A stretch of DNA of 64,000 nucleotides from Lingula anatina (taxonomy: Eukaryota > Animalia > Brachiopoda). The stretch's first letter is position 1. Every line of letters begins with the position of its first letter. The DNA is taken from assembly GCA_051362555.1 (NCBI GenBank), contig CM120648.1, positions 12,210,587-12,274,586 of the forward strand, in the 5' to 3' direction. Shown here piece by piece: positions 62,988 to 64,000 of the stretch. A model generated the notes under the pieces. It searched no databases and was not told the origin of the DNA. It saw nothing but the letters and a program-made list of their open reading frames with translations. A program made the position numbers and the translations under genes.

Positions 62988-64000
62988 TTCTATGATGGTC
63001 GTTTTCTTCATTGTTGGATATACATTGGGGCCTAAACCGCCACTTTGTTTGAAAAGGAGAGAAAAAGACGCCCCCATCACAGAGCCACTGACTACAAACA
63101 AAATAACACAGGCTGGATTTGGTTTACGGTTTATTCCACCAATTCTAACATGAAATGACAAATGAATGAAACGATCAGATGCCGGTCATGAATCCTTTAA
63201 CTGAACAGAGTAATAAAAGCACCAACCCAGCAACTAAAAGGTCACAATTTTTTCAAAGAATGAAAATCTCTCGGACTTCTTCCCAAATGCTATTAAAATC
63301 CAGTGTTACAAACGAGTGTGGCAAAAGCACAATGCGTTTACTGATAAAAAAAATCTTCACGATAAATAGTGCAACTGAAACTGTTAAATGGCTGTTCCAG
63401 GTAAAGTGAAATATAAATTTGGTCAACAAAATGGCTACAAAGTATAATATATGAATACTCATCATAGTGTGCACTATATAGTGAAGAGGGCAACTTCTAT
63501 TCAACAATAAATAAAGACATGTTCTACAATAGTATTGATAAACATAACAAGAGGCCTGCAGTATCAAGGTATAATGTTAGTTGATGAACACTCAGTCCAT
63601 GTAACACAAGATATAGTATTTTCAGGGGAAAAATTATCTCAAGGGATTTTTTAATGCTAGGTTGTTAAAGCTGTCATCAACTTTTAAGTTCTATTGCATC
63701 ATTTTGTTTCATACATATTGAACACTGGTGATTCACAGTGTTGTTGTTGTTTTTGAACCAGCACACTTATATAAAGACAACTTTTTCCAGTTCAATTTCA
63801 CATCAAAACAGAACCCAAATTCATATCACAAATTGGCAACTGTTGATAAAAATATTGTGAAATATTCTCAGCCTAATTCCAGAATTTTGTCCCAAATCAA
63901 CTGGTAGGATTTCCATCATAGTTGTCACATATATATATATGATATTTTTTTACATATATTACGATTTGATTCCTTTATTTAGTCCTGAATCTTTATAATC

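Noticed and set aside
62300-64000. Possible 3' UTR of a minus-strand gene beyond the window
   Set aside because: Only composition (AT-rich, CpG-poor) suggests it; no coding exon was identified.

Overview
AT-rich, intron-containing animal (invertebrate-like) genomic DNA. Most ORF-track entries are microsatellite or antisense noise. Three + strand genes can be built by hand. (1) The 3' end of a phospholipid scramblase (exons 848-968, 2448-2550, 3106-3164) with three paralogous, intact terminal exons (5118, 6701, 8559) and a tandem array of duplicated splice acceptors before the penultimate exon. (2) A TATA-preceded 3-exon gene (25497-34635) that the ORF track misses, encoding a 114-aa secreted, 10-cysteine protein whose Cys spacing resembles one Argos/three-finger-type module. 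(3) A complete 3-exon CHST11-like Golgi carbohydrate sulfotransferase (57557-61629, 358 aa). The rest is rich in mobile DNA: a decayed Academ-type transposon (45948-49898), two head-to-tail R4/Dong-type retroelements in (TAA)n tracts (50448-54681), a LINE 3' fragment, and many MITE families with readable target-site duplications (TSDs), including a nest of four PIF/Harbinger-type MITEs. All calls come from manual reading; family assignments rest on remembered motifs, not database searches.
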